In this document: positions 48,781 to 62,744 of the stretch, piece after piece | How the letters are laid out: every line of letters begins with the position of its first letter | Numbering within the stretch: position 1 is the first letter of the stretch | NCBI RefSeq assembly: GCF_963921235.1 | Contig: NC_086098.1 | Location: 104,408,001-104,472,000 of the forward strand | Length of the DNA: 64,000 nucleotides | From: Mobula hypostoma | Lineage: Eukaryota | Direction of reading: 5' to 3' | The notes under the pieces: generated by a model | Database searches by the model: none | The model's input: the letters and a program-made list of their open reading frames with translations, nothing else | What the model was told of the DNA's origin: nothing | Made by a program: the position numbers and the translations under genes

Positions 48781-51700
48781 AGTCAATTACCACATGCAAT
48801 TCGTTAAACTTTTTTTAAAAAAATAATACGCCTAAGAATTCGTTTTGGCCGTCGCAAACCGAAAGTTGCCCTGAAGACTCTGGAGAGGGGGAAGAAAAAT
48901 AATATTTTTTTTGGAAATTACAAGAATTCATGATCTCGCCACCAAATATTCCTTCGGTTCGAGCAGGCCTTCAGAACTGCTTGGTGCTGGTAACTGAAGC
49001 GACCGTTTATACAGTGAAATCAAGGTTTATGGGTGGATGGCGTAAATGTTATTTCCATTGTTGCAAGTGGATCAAAATTGCTAATTGTGCCTTAATTTTC
49101 TTTTTATATTTATGGGCGATTTTGAAATAATCACGTGCAAAGACTTGGGTTTTTAAATTTTTTTGTGAGGGCTTGTGGAAAACTGGTTGTGAATCTGTGT
49201 CTTGTTCCGTATAAAAGTGTGTGGAATTTCAAGATAGATTTCTTCTAAGTTATTAAATCATGATTAGTTTATTTAAGCTTTAATTTTGTGTTGTAATATT
49301 GTAATTAAAGTACTGTTAGGCTGGTCTGTGGTTCTTTGTTGTATAGTGATAAGCATATCTTTTACATGTGCATGTATAATTTGGGTAAGAAAATCGCATT
49401 AAAATTAATAGAACTATAAATATCTGTATATTTATGGTGTAGTAGTTGAATAAATGACAGCGATTTGCCTAACTTCGTGAGGTATATAAATTTTGAAGAA
49501 AACTGCCTTTTTTAGTGTTGCACTTTCTGACCATTGCTGGGTCAGTAACTTTTTTAGAGGACAGATTAACCAACTAAATGGATATATTGAACTACCATAA
49601 ACATTGCATGCTATTATGGTTAAGTATTCGTTCGTTTTTATAGCTGTTGCCCCTGCAAACAGTAATGTTAAATATTCCAGTCAATATTTGCATGTTTTCC
49701 CTCTTAAAATATTCGCCATTTTTTTTGTAGTGTACTTTCACATTGTTGCTACAATAAACAATCTTGGCAGAGTGGTTAGCTTGTAATACCACTGGAAGTA
49801 AAAAATGTAGAGCATTATTAGCATTGAATTACAGAAGTTCAGTCCACTGCAATCAGTTAGTTGCAAGGTCCTAATTAAAAAGTTATCGTTTTCCACAATA
49901 GAAGACTGTCATGCTCAAAGTAAATTACACACATCCTCATTATGCTGTTGTTTGTTCTCTGTTAAAGGACAAATTGGTACGAAAAATTAACACAGTGCAA
50001 TATTGTATTAAATTGTGGCATGCACGAATAGTCAATCTGGGGGGAAAATCTATTGATCTTTTTGTTTGAAATCTTGGTTTACATTTGGGGAAGATAATAT
50101 TTAATGGTAACAGTATATTTTATTATTATGCCTGACAATGTTTGAGATTTTTTCTGCTATTAAAACATTAATTTATGCAATTCATGCATGTTTTGTGTTA
50201 AATTTATGTTGTTATGTTAAACTTACTGAAGTTTCATTATTTCTAATCTGTTCTCAGAAACCAAAATTCATTTTATTGGTGCCAGGGATATTTTGCCATG
50301 GCCATGTCTAATATGGGTTCATATCTGTAGTAGTGCATAGATTGTGAATTTGTATTCAAACATGACCCTATGTAAAGCGAAGCTCAGGATTGCTTTCCTG
50401 AAACTCAAGAACTAATGGGGAGCAATGTTCCTCTGCTTGTTTATGAATTCTGATTAGAGGCTTGTAAAATTAGTTTAGTCTTTCTAGGCAAGCATAATTT
50501 AATTTGGGTTATACTAGGTCTTGTTATTTTTAACATGACATTCATGTCAGCATTGTTACTTTTCTTTAGTCATAAGAGGAAGGAAAAAAAATCAGGGCCA
50601 TGCCCTTTCAGATGACAGCCCATGTCAACTCCTAACTTGCAAAACGAAAGCTCTAAGTAGCTAGCCTTAAAGTGGCATTCTCTCCCCCCCCCCACCAAAA
50701 TCAAGGCAAGAATGTTGCAACATTAGCTGAAGTTTGAGCTCCTGATTGTAAGATGAGGTGAGTTATTATCAATGTAACATGCAGTCATGATGTGGATCAA
50801 ATTTTCATCAGATAATATTGCAGTGTAGTTACCTGTAGCCTCTGATACCCTATATAAGTGTTCGTGATGCAAGATATTTTAAAGTTAGGCTTAATTGTTT
50901 ATTTGATTGGCTTTCAGCAGTGTTTCTAAAAAAAATACTTTTAGAAGTGGGGACATTGGTAAGTGGTTACACAGTTTACTCATCCTTACCCATAGAAGCT
51001 ATTCGATTGCTATTGTTACATTATTGTCTTGGCTGAAGTAACCAGGTCCAACCTTAAGTAAGATGTCAGAAGCACAGATTCTGCCTACAGTTTTCTATTC
51101 CTAGCCCAATGGGAGGATTCAAAATACATTGACATGTTACATGAACAGTTCTACCCTTGTGTTGCAGCACATTCCTTTGAGCCTGCTGAATCCTGTTTGC
51201 TTGGCTTTGCACTCATACTGATGAAGTGGCAAATAGAATAGTCTCTTCCGTTTTGGTTCTGATATTCTCTATATGATGTAGTTCTAGTACAGAAACCAGT
51301 GGCAGCATTCAGACTGCCCAGTAATTTGAGAAAGCTGCAAGCAACAGCCGTGTGAGAGGGAAAATTTAAAAATAAACTTTTCTGTTGGATTACGTACTGA
51401 AAAGTTGTTTTTGCCATACAGTGACCTTCTGCACTTGAAGGAGAACACAGTTTATGTAGTAATGATCACTGGAGCTTGGAGATCATCTTTTAATGTCACC
51501 ATTAATGAGTGTTGTTGAAGTATATATGAAGTGGTAAGGGGTCGATTAGTTAATGCAGAGTAATGTGTACTTAGATCTCATTTAATTCAATCATTCAGGT
51601 TTATTTTGCTTTGAGCACTTATGTAAAAATATTAAAGATTTTCTATGTATCAAGATTTAATAATGAAAGTAGTAAAACTTGTGAATAAATTATGGGAGGG

Positions 51701-52099
51701 AGGGTGAGCATATGTTTTTTTCTGACAAGTGAAAATTTATTTTGCATAATTCAGATTTGAAATAGTGTTTTATGAACAGTCCTTAAAAGCTGATAGCAGA
51801 AAGATGTCAGATTATGGAAACGGTAGCAAGTGCTAAATATCTATGATCTTGTTTTGCCTTTCAAGGTGACCACATTGTTATAGATCATTCAGAACAGTAA
51901 AGGAGAAATGTTTCTGTACTGTTAATTGTTAATTTGCTATCAAATGTACCCAGAGATACATGTTGATTTAGAATTTTGACCTTTATGCAGTGTAGCCATA
52001 ACAAAATCCAGCATAAATACAATACAGGGAAAATCATTGTCTTGAGCAAGCCCATAGGGACAAAGGTAAGTTGTTTTCATTCCAGTTCTGTGGTGCTGA

Positions 52100-52500
52100 G
52101 GTAACTGAGTCAGAAGAATCCAAATCAGTTTCATTATCAATGAATTATGTCGTGAGATTAGTTTTGCAGCAGCAGTACAGTGCAAGATGTGAAAATTGCT
52201 AAAATGTAACAAATAAATGGTGCAAAAGACACATAATAAAGTGGTGTTAATGGACCATTCAGAAATCGGAGAGCGAGAAATTTGCATTAAAATGTCCCAC
52301 CACCTCAATGATAGTAAAATGAAGAGGGTCTGTCCAGGATGGTGAGGATCTTTAATGATGTATGCTGCTGCCTTTGTGCACTGCCTCCTGAATGTGTTCT
52401 TGGTGGTGGGGAAGGTTGAGCCCAGGATGGAACAGGCAGAATCTGCAATTCTGTGCATTGAAAGCTGCATTCCTATGTACTGTCTGTGATGCAAACTGTC
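52100..52500 (-). mobile_element. Degenerate Rex1-like 3' fragment
   Basis: AAYIIKDPHHPG remnant in ORF 51940..52593. Confidence 0.6.
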
Positions 52501-54249
52501 CACAAACTTGCCACAAATTCTACAGAAGGTTCCTGATGGGATAAGTGTTAATAAGTTAGGCGCTCTCAGTGGGCTCCTGTATACTCTTGGCAAGGGTATT
52601 TGAGATTCTTAGTGCTAGCCCAATTCCTCTCCCATGTTGCCTGCCCATATACCAGGCATTCTTTCAAGTCTTTGGTAAATGTTACACATTTTCATGAAGG
52701 TTTGAGAACATTCTAGAATCACTTTTTTGATTCACCACTTGGTATGATGGAGTTTGGAAAAGAGTGCTTGTTTCAGAACAATGGTATCTACGTCAATGAT
52801 ATTGCAGGCTCCACAGAGCCAGCTGGGTGTAATTTGAAGTCTCAAAGCTTGGAATGTAAAAATTGTCGGATGCTGAATAAACATCATTCATTGGTGCATT
52901 GATCTTCGATGTACAACCATCACTGATAAGATCTGATTGAACTCATTACACTGCATTAATCATGATTGCTTAGTTGTTGATTCCTCCTTTGATTTTGGTC
53001 TCCAGCAGCAGTTTCTTCAAGGAAGTGGGCAAGAGGCAAATAGGAAAATTACCATTTCTGATTGCTGCAAGACTTGGCTATTTGCTCATCAGGGTGATAC
53101 GTAAATTGATTTTGTGATACGAAAGACAAGCAAAATAACTTAGCTATGATGACACTCCCATCTTCTGGAAGACAATGAAGGATAAGCGGGAATTGCTGAC
53201 CTGTCTCAACTGTGGGTATGCCTTTTTGAAAAAAATTAAATGCTTCAAGCATTTGCAATGAGAAAAGTTTCACAAGTTGCATTTCCTGATGTGAGCTACT
53301 TTATTGACAGACTATCTACTGTTTGTGTTTAGAGAAGACAGTCAAACCTTGATATTACTATTAGCGTAATGTCCCGCGTAGCAGCAGTGCTCCAGCTATG
53401 CTCTGAAGAAATTAATAGTCAAAGCATTCAGGAAACCTTTAATATTGGCATTCTGTGCTAATTTAAAACAACATTCTGAACCATGATGCACATTTGCCAA
53501 ATAAGTATCCCCCAGCCTTTTGTACTTCAAGAACCCCCGGTCAACAGATTGGTTAGTTAGCAGTTAGGCACAGATGTAGAAATCTTAAGCTGGCCACTTT
53601 GTGAACAGAGTAGCCCCCAAACACTACCAGTCTGAAAATCTGTTGTAGGAGCTTCATGCTCCATACACTAGCCTATTTTTATTACAGTAATGTCTGTGAT
53701 TGAGTTGCAATATAATGCCAACCTTATGAAATGTATTTCTTTGTTGGGAAAGCAGTAGGATAGTTTCTTTGGAAACAAGAACAATCAAGCCTTAATGTAC
53801 CAGAGCCTAACTGATTTTTGCCCTCCTAAAGTATGAATTAGACTGCTGTAGTTTAGCAAGAAGTAACAGCATTTTCCTTTTAAAAGGCATTTATGGATAA
53901 GTACCTTATTTCTCTTAGCACCAGGAAAATTGCATAAATATTTTAAGTTTTCAAACCACAAGCAGCAGTCGTGCTGTCGGGGATGTCCAACAGATCTCCA
54001 TTAGGTCTGAAGAAAATAGAGAAACTTTGTTGGCAAATTTCTTAGAAGTGAATAAGCAAATACAATGTTAATGGTTCAGTTACCCAAAATTTAAATGGTA
54101 AATGTTCAGATAAAGAAAGGGGGCACCAAGTTGCTAAATTCCTCCTTGAAGATTCATTTAGTTAGTGTATCGCAGCCAAGGAGGGATTGCAGGGAAATAA
54201 TTTCTAGACTTGGTTTAAGAGGCTAAAGCCAAAAAAAAATGAATGATAT

Positions 54250-54380
54250 GTCCCGATGAAGGGTCTCAGCCTAAAGTATTGCCTCTTTATTCCTTTCCAT
54301 AGACGATTCCGACCTGCTGAGTTCCTCCAGCATTTTGTGTGTGTTACTTTGAATTTACAGCATCTGCAGAATCTTCTGTT
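54250..54380 (+). mobile_element. PLE terminus with decayed hammerhead motif
   Basis: GTC-CCGATGA-AGGGTCTCAGCC-TAAAG...GACCTGCTGAGTTCCTCCAGCATTTTGTGTG. Confidence 0.6.
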
Positions 54381-54449
54381 TATTGGTTGCATAGCCATTT
54401 TTTAAAATTTAGTGTTCAAAATGCACATAAATTTATCACAGTTTTGAAC

Positions 54450-57050
54450 AGGGGCAAAGAAAGGAGTCGTGTCTTAATTTGGGATGTTGTTCAATTTAAC
54501 TAGACAAAGTGATCTGGTAAAAGCGGTTTGGAAACAACTCCTTGAAGGAAAACCTGACAATGAATAATGGGAGGCTTTGAAGAAAGAGCTTTGAGGGTTC
54601 AGAGTGAACATATTTCTGCACAGAAAGAAATCTTATGTGAGTAAGGATATATTCTGGAGAAATCAAATTAAAATAGATACAGTATTAAGAAAGCTGAGGA
54701 AAGATATTAACAAAATAGTTGGTATTTGAAGAAAATACAAAGATATTTTGTATGTACATAAAAAGCAAGAGAATAACTAAGGGAAAAGGAGCACCTATAA
54801 AGGACCAAAAAAGTAATCATGGGAGAATGTAAATGATATTCGTAATAAATAGTTTGTAACTGTACTCTTAAGGAGATGCTGCCAGTGTTGCATTACAGCA
54901 GGATATGAAATATTGGATGGCATAAGCTTTGTAGTGGAGAAAGCATGAAGGGGCCCGGCATGAAAGTGAAGAATAGTTAGCCCTGGATGAAATTCATCCC
55001 AAACTCTTCAAAGAAGCAAGCAAGTGAGGACACGGCAGAGATTTTCAGTACAATTGGCAGAGGACTGTTGTTTAAGAAGGAAGGATAAGATAATGTGAAT
55101 ATTTGCTAGCCTTGCTAACTCCAGTAGCTATATCTTTTAAACCAATCTTAAAGGGCAGTATGAAGCTATATTTAGAAAGGAAGAGATTAATCAGGAATAG
55201 TCAATGTGGGTTTTTACGAGAAATCCCCTCTGACAAGCCAAAAATAATTTTTTGGGGGGAGGCAACAAGCAGGGTTAATGGGGATAGAGTATATGATGTA
55301 GTCAAAATGGGCTTTTCACAGGAGCCCACATGACAAGCTTGTCAAAACGTAAAAGACCACGGTATCCAGTGGAGAGGAGCAAAAGCGATGTGACACCAGC
55401 TCAGTCAGAGGCAGTAAAAGGTAATGGTTAATAAGCTCTTCGTGACTAGAAAGCATCAATGAGTGAGGTTCTATACTCAATACAGTACCTTGCTGTTCAC
55501 AATATATTAACTGAATCGGGCTGAAATTCAGAGGGGTAATTTTTTTTAAAAAACTGCAGTGATAGAAAAACTGGCTTTGTGGCTAACAGTGATGAGCAAA
55601 CCCTTTGAGAAGGAAAAGATGGCTTGGTAATTGGGCAAAAAAATGGCAAATGGAAATTAATCTCAAAAAGTGCAAGATAATGCACAGTACATGAAACAGT
55701 ATTGAGTTTTGTGAAAAAAGAAGGGTTCTTAGAATAGTTCTCCAATGATTTGTACAAGTAACAGGACAGATTTATTATCACTGCCTTGTATATCATGAAA
55801 TTTGTTCTATAGCAGCAATACGGTGCAAAGATGAAATTACTATAAATAAATTGCAAAATAAATTGTGCAAAATTGCAATCATGAAGTAACTTCCCAAACA
55901 CAAAAAAATCTGCAGATGCTGGAGATCCAAACCAATGCACACAAAATGCTGGAGGAACTCAGATGGCCAGGCAGCATCTATGGAAAATGAGTAAAGAGTC
56001 GACATTTCGGGCCGAGACCTTTCATTGGGACTGGAAAAGAAGAGAAGTTGGAAGTAACAGTCATAGAAAAACTACAGCAAAATACAGGCCCATTGGCTCA
56101 CAATGCTTTAATACTTTAGAAATTACCTACCCATAGCCCTCTATTTTTCTAAGCTCTATGAACCCTATCCAGGAATCTCTTTTAAGACCCTATTGTATCT
56201 GCCTCCACCACAGTCGCCAGCAGCCCATTTCACGCACTCACCACTCTCTACGTAAAAAAAAAAACTTACCCCTGACATCCCCTCTGTACCTACTTCCAAG
56301 CACCTTAAAACTGTGCCCTCTCATGCTAGCCATTTCAGCCCTGGGAAAAAGCCTCTGACTATTCACACAATCAATGCCTCACATCATCTTATACACCTCT
56401 ATCAGGTCACCTCTCATCCTCTGTGGCTCCAACGAGAAAAGGCCAAGTTTACTCAACCTATTCTCGTAAGGCATGCTCCCCAATCCAGGCAATATCCTTG
56501 TAAATCTCCTCTGCACCTGTCTAATGTTTCCACATCCTTCTTGCAGTGAGGTGACCAGAACTGAACACAGTACTCCAAATAGGGTCTGACCAGGGTCCTA
56601 CATAGCTGTAACATTACCTCGGCTCTTGAACTCAATCCCACGGTTGATGAAGGCCAATGTGCCGTATGCTTTCTCAACCATGCAGTCAACCTGCACGGCA
56701 GATTTAAGTGTCCTATGGACATGGACTACAAGATCCCTCTGATCATCCACAGTCTTATCATTAATACTATATTCTGCTATCATATTTGACCTACCAAAAT
56801 AAACCACCTCACACTTATCTGGTATTCATCAGGTATATTATGCTGGAATTGTCACTGCAACATCTAGACCACAGTTTGGGTGCTGTATGCAGATCTAGTC
56901 ACCACCTTCAAGGAATAATGTGACAGAACTGAAGATTTCAGTGGAAATTTCCAGTTATATTGCCTGGATTAAAATAATGGCTGTAAGGAAATACTCCATG
57001 GTGTGGAGCTAATCTTCAAAAATAATGGGAAACTGATCAACCTGTGGTAA
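54450..57050 (+). mobile_element. Very old CR1 remnant carrying younger insertions (Rex tail about 55770-55890, PLE terminus about 55895-56050, CR1 56060-56822)
   Basis: LIRNSQCGFL and YDVVKMGFSQ remnants. The nested pieces match other repeats in the window. Confidence 0.55.
56060..56822 (-). mobile_element. CR1 LINE 3' fragment
   Basis: RTLVRPYLEYCVQFWSPH and FGRSNMIAEYSIN, close to the 39697..40593 ORF. Confidence 0.85.
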
Positions 57051-57959
57051 CTAGAATAAAAAAACAGGGTCATCCCATTCCCATGTGCAGAAGAGCTGCA
57101 TTTGGGCATGCTCCAAGCCAGAATTAATTCATTCTCTAAAGCTTGTAAGATTGTAGGCCTTGCATTCAACATCTGCATGAAACTCCTTTCAAGTGACCAA
57201 CAACTTCCTAGCAAAGGCAGTCATCTGTGATGAAATTCATTATTATCTTCAATGGACTAGTATTATCTTCAATGGATCAATGAAAGAAAAGTTACTGAAG
57301 ATCATGACCTCAGACCTGAACAAAACCTATATTCCTGTATGCTTTGAACATAGATTTGGACTATACTCCAGTACACTGAGGCATCCTAAAGCTGTCTCTG
57401 CAAATTTCCAAATTGTCAGCAAAGGTTATGCAAGTTACTATGTCCTCGTGAAGATCAGCTTCCTAGTTCCACTCAGCCCATCATGTTTAAATCCCAATAC
57501 CAAAGCTCCAGACTGGGTAATCTATTTCAAGCTCTAACATGGGGAGAGATTTTAGAGGAAAAAGAGGATTTACTCAAAACCTGTTTGGAGAAACAACATT
57601 CCCACTGAGTTCTGAGATTCTTTCATTTATGACTCAAATGAAGAAACCACATTGGGGATGGTTTTAAAAGTCTCAAGTCTTTGAATTGGGAATACACAGA
57701 AGTTCTCTGTCAGCTGTGGAAGGAGAATTCAACTGTACAAATTGTCCATCTACAGTACTAAGAGATCATCAATACCTATGCTCTGTGTGGCCTCCTCTTT
57801 ACTTTGAAAAACATGTTGGGAAATACATCTTTGCAAAATTGCCACTTTGATGGAGCAATCCATTGATGTAATCACAAACAGGGCACATAAGTGTCTACTT
57901 CATTAGAAGTTTGAGGATATTTTATATCTCACCAAAGACTAGCAAATTTCTATGGATGC

Positions 57960-59880
57960 ACAGTTCTGATCAGAAAGCCACAGTGCCTAAGCCTCTGTAC
58001 CACCCTTTGCAACTGGATCCTCAACTTCCTAACTGGAAGACCACAATCTGCAGATTGGAGATAACATCACCACCTTGCTTACAATCAACACTGGTGCACC
58101 ACAGGGGTGTGTGCTTAGCCCACTGCTCTACTCCCTCTGCAACCAATACTGTGTGGCTAGGCACAACTCAAATGCCATCTGTAAATTTGCAACTGTTGGA
58201 AGAATTTAAGATGGTGATGAAAGGTCATAACAAGAGTGTGATATACAAACTAGTCACAGCAGCACCCTTGCACTCAACGTTAGCAAGACCAAACAATTGA
58301 TTGTGTGGACTTCAGAAATGGTAAGATGAGAGAACATAAACCAGTCCTCATAGAGGGATAAGAAGTGGAGAGAGTGAGTAATTTCAAGTTTCTGGGTGTC
58401 AATACCTCTGAGGACCTAACCTGGATGCAACATATTGATGCAGCTATTTAAAAAAAGCAATACAGCAGTTGTATTTCATTCGGACCATGAGGAGATTTGC
58501 TTCGTCAACTAAAACACTAAAACTTCTACAAATGTACCATGGAGAACATTCCGACTGGCTGCACCCCCCTCTGATATGGGGGGGGGGAGTGAGGCTACTG
58601 GACAAGATAGTAGGTTGAGGAAATTTGTAAAATTAGTCAGCTCCATCATGGGTACTAGCCTTCGTAGTATCCAGGATATCTTCAAGGAGCAGTGCTTTAG
58701 GAAGGTGGTGTCCATCATTAAGGACCCCCACCACCCAGGACATACCCTCTTCTCATTGTTACTGTCAGGATGGAGATACAAAAGCCTGAAGGCACACAGT
58801 CAGTCTTCCCCTCTGCCATCGATTTCTAAATCAACATTGAACCCATGAGCACTACCTTACTACTTTTTTTATTTGTATTTTTTGCACTACTTATTTTAAC
58901 TATTTAATAGACACATATATACTTAATGTAATTCAGTTTTTTCTCTATTTATTTATCATGTATTTCATTGTACTGCTGCCATAAAGCTAAGGAATTTCAC
59001 AACATTTGACATGATTCTGATTCTGGAGACCATTCTAACTGGTTGCATTGCGGCCTGGTGTGGAGGCTCCATCGCACAGGATCCTGAGAGGCTGCAAAAG
59101 GTTGCAGTTCAGCTTGTACCATGAGCACAGCCTTCCCCACCTTTGAGAAAATCTTCAAGACGTGGTTCCTCAAGAAAGTTATATCCATCCTTAAAGACCC
59201 TCACCAATCAGGACATGCCTTGTTACTACAGTTAGGGAGGAGGTATCAGAGACTGAAGGCACAATTCAATGATTCAGGAACATTATCAGGTTTCTAAGCG
59301 GTTCATAAACCAATGAAATTACCTCATAATTCCCTTTTTTTTGCACTATATCTTTATTTTGTAATTTGTAGTAATTGTCTTTGCTCTGTGCTGCTGCCTC
59401 AAAATGCCAAATTTCACTTCATGAAAGACAGTGATTAAGTCTGATTCTAAGATGGTAACACCATATTACTGACTTTCTCTAATGCCTTGACATAAAATAT
59501 TTGAAAAAAAAAATCCAAGATATTCATGAGAATGGAAGAAAACTACTCTCACGACCAGATTATGTAACAGTTTCTTCCCCCAAGTCATCAGACTCCTCAA
59601 TACCCAGAGCCTGGACTGACACCAACCTACTGCCCTCTACTGTGCATATTGTCTTGTTCATTATTTATTGTAATGCCTGCACTGTTTTGTGCACTTTATG
59701 CAGTCCTGGGTAGGTCTGTAGTCTAGTGTAGTTTCGCGTTGTTTTTTTACGTATTTCAGTGTAGTTTTTGTATTGTTCGTGTAGCATCAAGGTCCTGAAA
59801 AACGTTGTCTTGTTTTTACTGTGTACTGTACCAGTTATGGTCGAGATGACAATAAAAGTGACTTGACATGACTTAACTTG
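57960..59880 (+). mobile_element. Cluster of Rex1-like LINE 3' fragments and tails
   Basis: RT and C-terminal remnants (SIIKDPHHPGH...LLLSG), repeated 3'UTRs, and AATAAAAG plus a (GACTT)-like tail at about 59850-59880. Confidence 0.7.
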
Positions 59881-60469
59881 AATAGAATCTGTAATTAAGT
59901 TATTTTCAAGTGTTTTTGTATTCTGTTACAGCATCATATTTTTCTCAAAATAAGTGTTTTTAACCAGCTGATTCTTCTCGACTATACTGTAAGTGCCTTA
60001 AGAAGATCCCTTTTCACCATACACAGAGGTGATCCCCTTTAGTTGTGTTGGCAAGGCTAACTGGAAGGTATTTGATTCTTTGGATTCTATCCTTACAGAA
60101 AATACTGTGAATGTTGTAATCATTGCATGTCTTTAATCCCCTAACATCTGTTTGTCTAATGATTTACTAAAAAAAACCCTAACCTCACTTTGGCTTTTAT
60201 CAGCTGCCATACATCCAGTGCATACATCTCTCGAGTTACCGTGCACTTTTTTAAATGCAGCTTATGCACAACTGTCTTTTACATGAAGCACAGAGTTTGC
60301 AATGGACTAAGTTGCAATAAAACTTTGAAAATGAAAAGCAGATGTCAGTTTGTGCAGGTTTAAAGAACGTGTATGATGATTTTGTTTGCACGTTTGATAC
60401 ATACAGTATCTACCACTGACACTTCGTACCGGCCTATATTCAGGTTCAATGTACCAATGCTCCAGCCAA

Positions 60470-62190
60470 CAAGATGATACAGTCATAGAACGTTACAGTA
60501 CAGAAACAAAAGCTACTGCCCATCTGCTGCATGTGGAACTATATCTGCCTAGTCCCATTGATCTGCACCCAGACCAAAGCCCTTCATGCTCCTCCCATCC
60601 ATGTGCCTTTCCAAATTTTCTTAAATGTTGAATTTAAACCCACATCCACCATTTCCACTGACGGCTCGTTCTACGCTCTACCCTGTGAGTGAAAAAATTC
60701 CTCCTCATGTTTCCTTAAACATTTCACTTTTCACCCTTAACCCATAACCTCTAGTTCTAGTATCTCCCAACCTCACCAAACAAAAGCCTGCTTTCATTTA
60801 CACTACCTATATCCCTCATAATGTTGTATACATCTATCAAATCTTCGCTCATTCTTCTATGCTTTTGGAAATGAAGTCCTAACCTATTCAACCTTTCCCT
60901 ATAACTCACGTCCTCAAGTCCTGGCAACATCCTTGTAAATTTTCTCTGCACTCTTTCAATCTTATTGACATCTTTCCTACAGGCAGGTGACCAAAACTGC
61001 AGGCAATATTCCAAATTGGGCCTCACCAACGTCTTGTGCAATTTAAATATAACATCCCAGCTTCTATACTCAATACTTTGATGGAGGAAAGGCTAATGTG
61101 CCAAAAGCTTTCTTTATAATCCTATCTATCTGTGAGGCCACATTCAAGAAATTATGGATCTGGATTCGCAGGTCCCTCTGTTCTACCGCTCTCCACAGTG
61201 CCCAACTACTGACCGTGCAAGTCTTACCCAGGTTTGTCCTCCCAAAGTGCAACACCTCTCAATTATCTTCATTAAGTTCAGCCCAGTTTTCCAGCAGGTT
61301 CAGATCCCACTGCAAGCTCTGATAGTCTTCATCACTGTCCCCTACACCCTCAATCTTGGTGTCATCTGCAAATTTGCTGATCCAGTTAACCACATTAACA
61401 TCCAGATTATTGATATAGATGACAAACAACACTGGACCAGCAACGATCCCTGTGGCACACCAATAGTCATAGACCTTCAGTCAGAAAGGGACCCATCTAC
61501 TACCACTTTCTAGCTTCTCCTGCGTTTACTACCTCATTTTGAATGCCAAGAGACTGAACCTTCTTGAGAGATCTTGTCAAAAGCCTTTCTAAATTCCATT
61601 TAAACAACATCCATTGCCTTATTTTCATGAACTTTCTTGGTAATTTTCTCAATAAGCTCAATCAAATTGGTTAGTCATGACCTAGGATGCACAAAGCCAT
61701 GTTGACTATCTCCAGTCAATCTTTGTCTATCCAAATACTTGTATATCAGTTCCCTTAGAATACCTTCCAATAACTTGGCCACTACTGATGTTGGTTCACA
61801 GGCCTATAATGTCATGGTTTATTTTCAGAGACTTTCTTGAACAGTGGGAACAACATTAGTTATCATCCAATCCTCCAGAATGTCACCTGTGGTCTAGGAC
61901 ATTTTAAATGTCTTTGCTAGGGCTCTTGCAATTTCTGCACTGGTTTTCCTCAGGGTCTGAGGGAACACCTTGTCAGGCCCTGGGGGTTTATCCGCCATAA
62001 CTTTTCTCAAAACAGCAAACACCTCTTCCTCTATAATCTGTATATGGCCCATGATCTCCCTGCAGCTTTGTATCACTTCTATAAACTCTGTGTCCATCTC
62101 CAGACTACATACAAATGAGGAAAAAATTAATTTAAGATCTCATTCAGCTCCATGTATAGATAACCACTCTGATCCAAAATGTTTTAAATT
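60470..62190 (-). mobile_element. Degenerate CR1 LINE (ORF2 3' half)
   Basis: KTLVRPNLEYCLQFWSP, LHFGRTN and DKPPGPDKVFP remnants. Confidence 0.8.
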
Positions 62191-62744
62191 TACCTTTTTG
62201 TGGACCTCTGTACTACACAGGACATGGAGAACTAATATGTTCAACTGATAAGCCCCTCACCACTAGTCCTCCCTCTTTCATGATTAGGCTTTGCCATTAG
62301 CTGGACAATCATTTGGTTTCTCCATAGTGTAAAAGTCCAGGTAAAGAAATGTATTTGTTTAAATCAAATCACAACCTGTAGATAGCTTCTATACTATATA
62401 AGTTGCATCAAAATTCAACATTTTCAGCTGGCTTCAGGCAATAGGGGAGTCCAGCACTTTAAACATTTTCCAATATTCTGTTAGGTTACAGATGATCAGC
62501 GCTGTAAACTATCCCTATATTTGTCATGGTCATGTGGCATATAAACACTCTCTTTGGCCCAGTCCTTCTTGTCAATTCTATTGTTCAACAAAAAGGGGGT
62601 CAGTTTTGGAAACTTACATTGTCTTAGTTTCTTTTTTCAGTAAAAAAAAATTGAGATATCCAATTCTTCATGCAAAAATAGTACTTCTTGGTAACATTTG
62701 TAAATAGCAAAGTTCTAATATCAAGAATGTTTTGAATAGAATCA

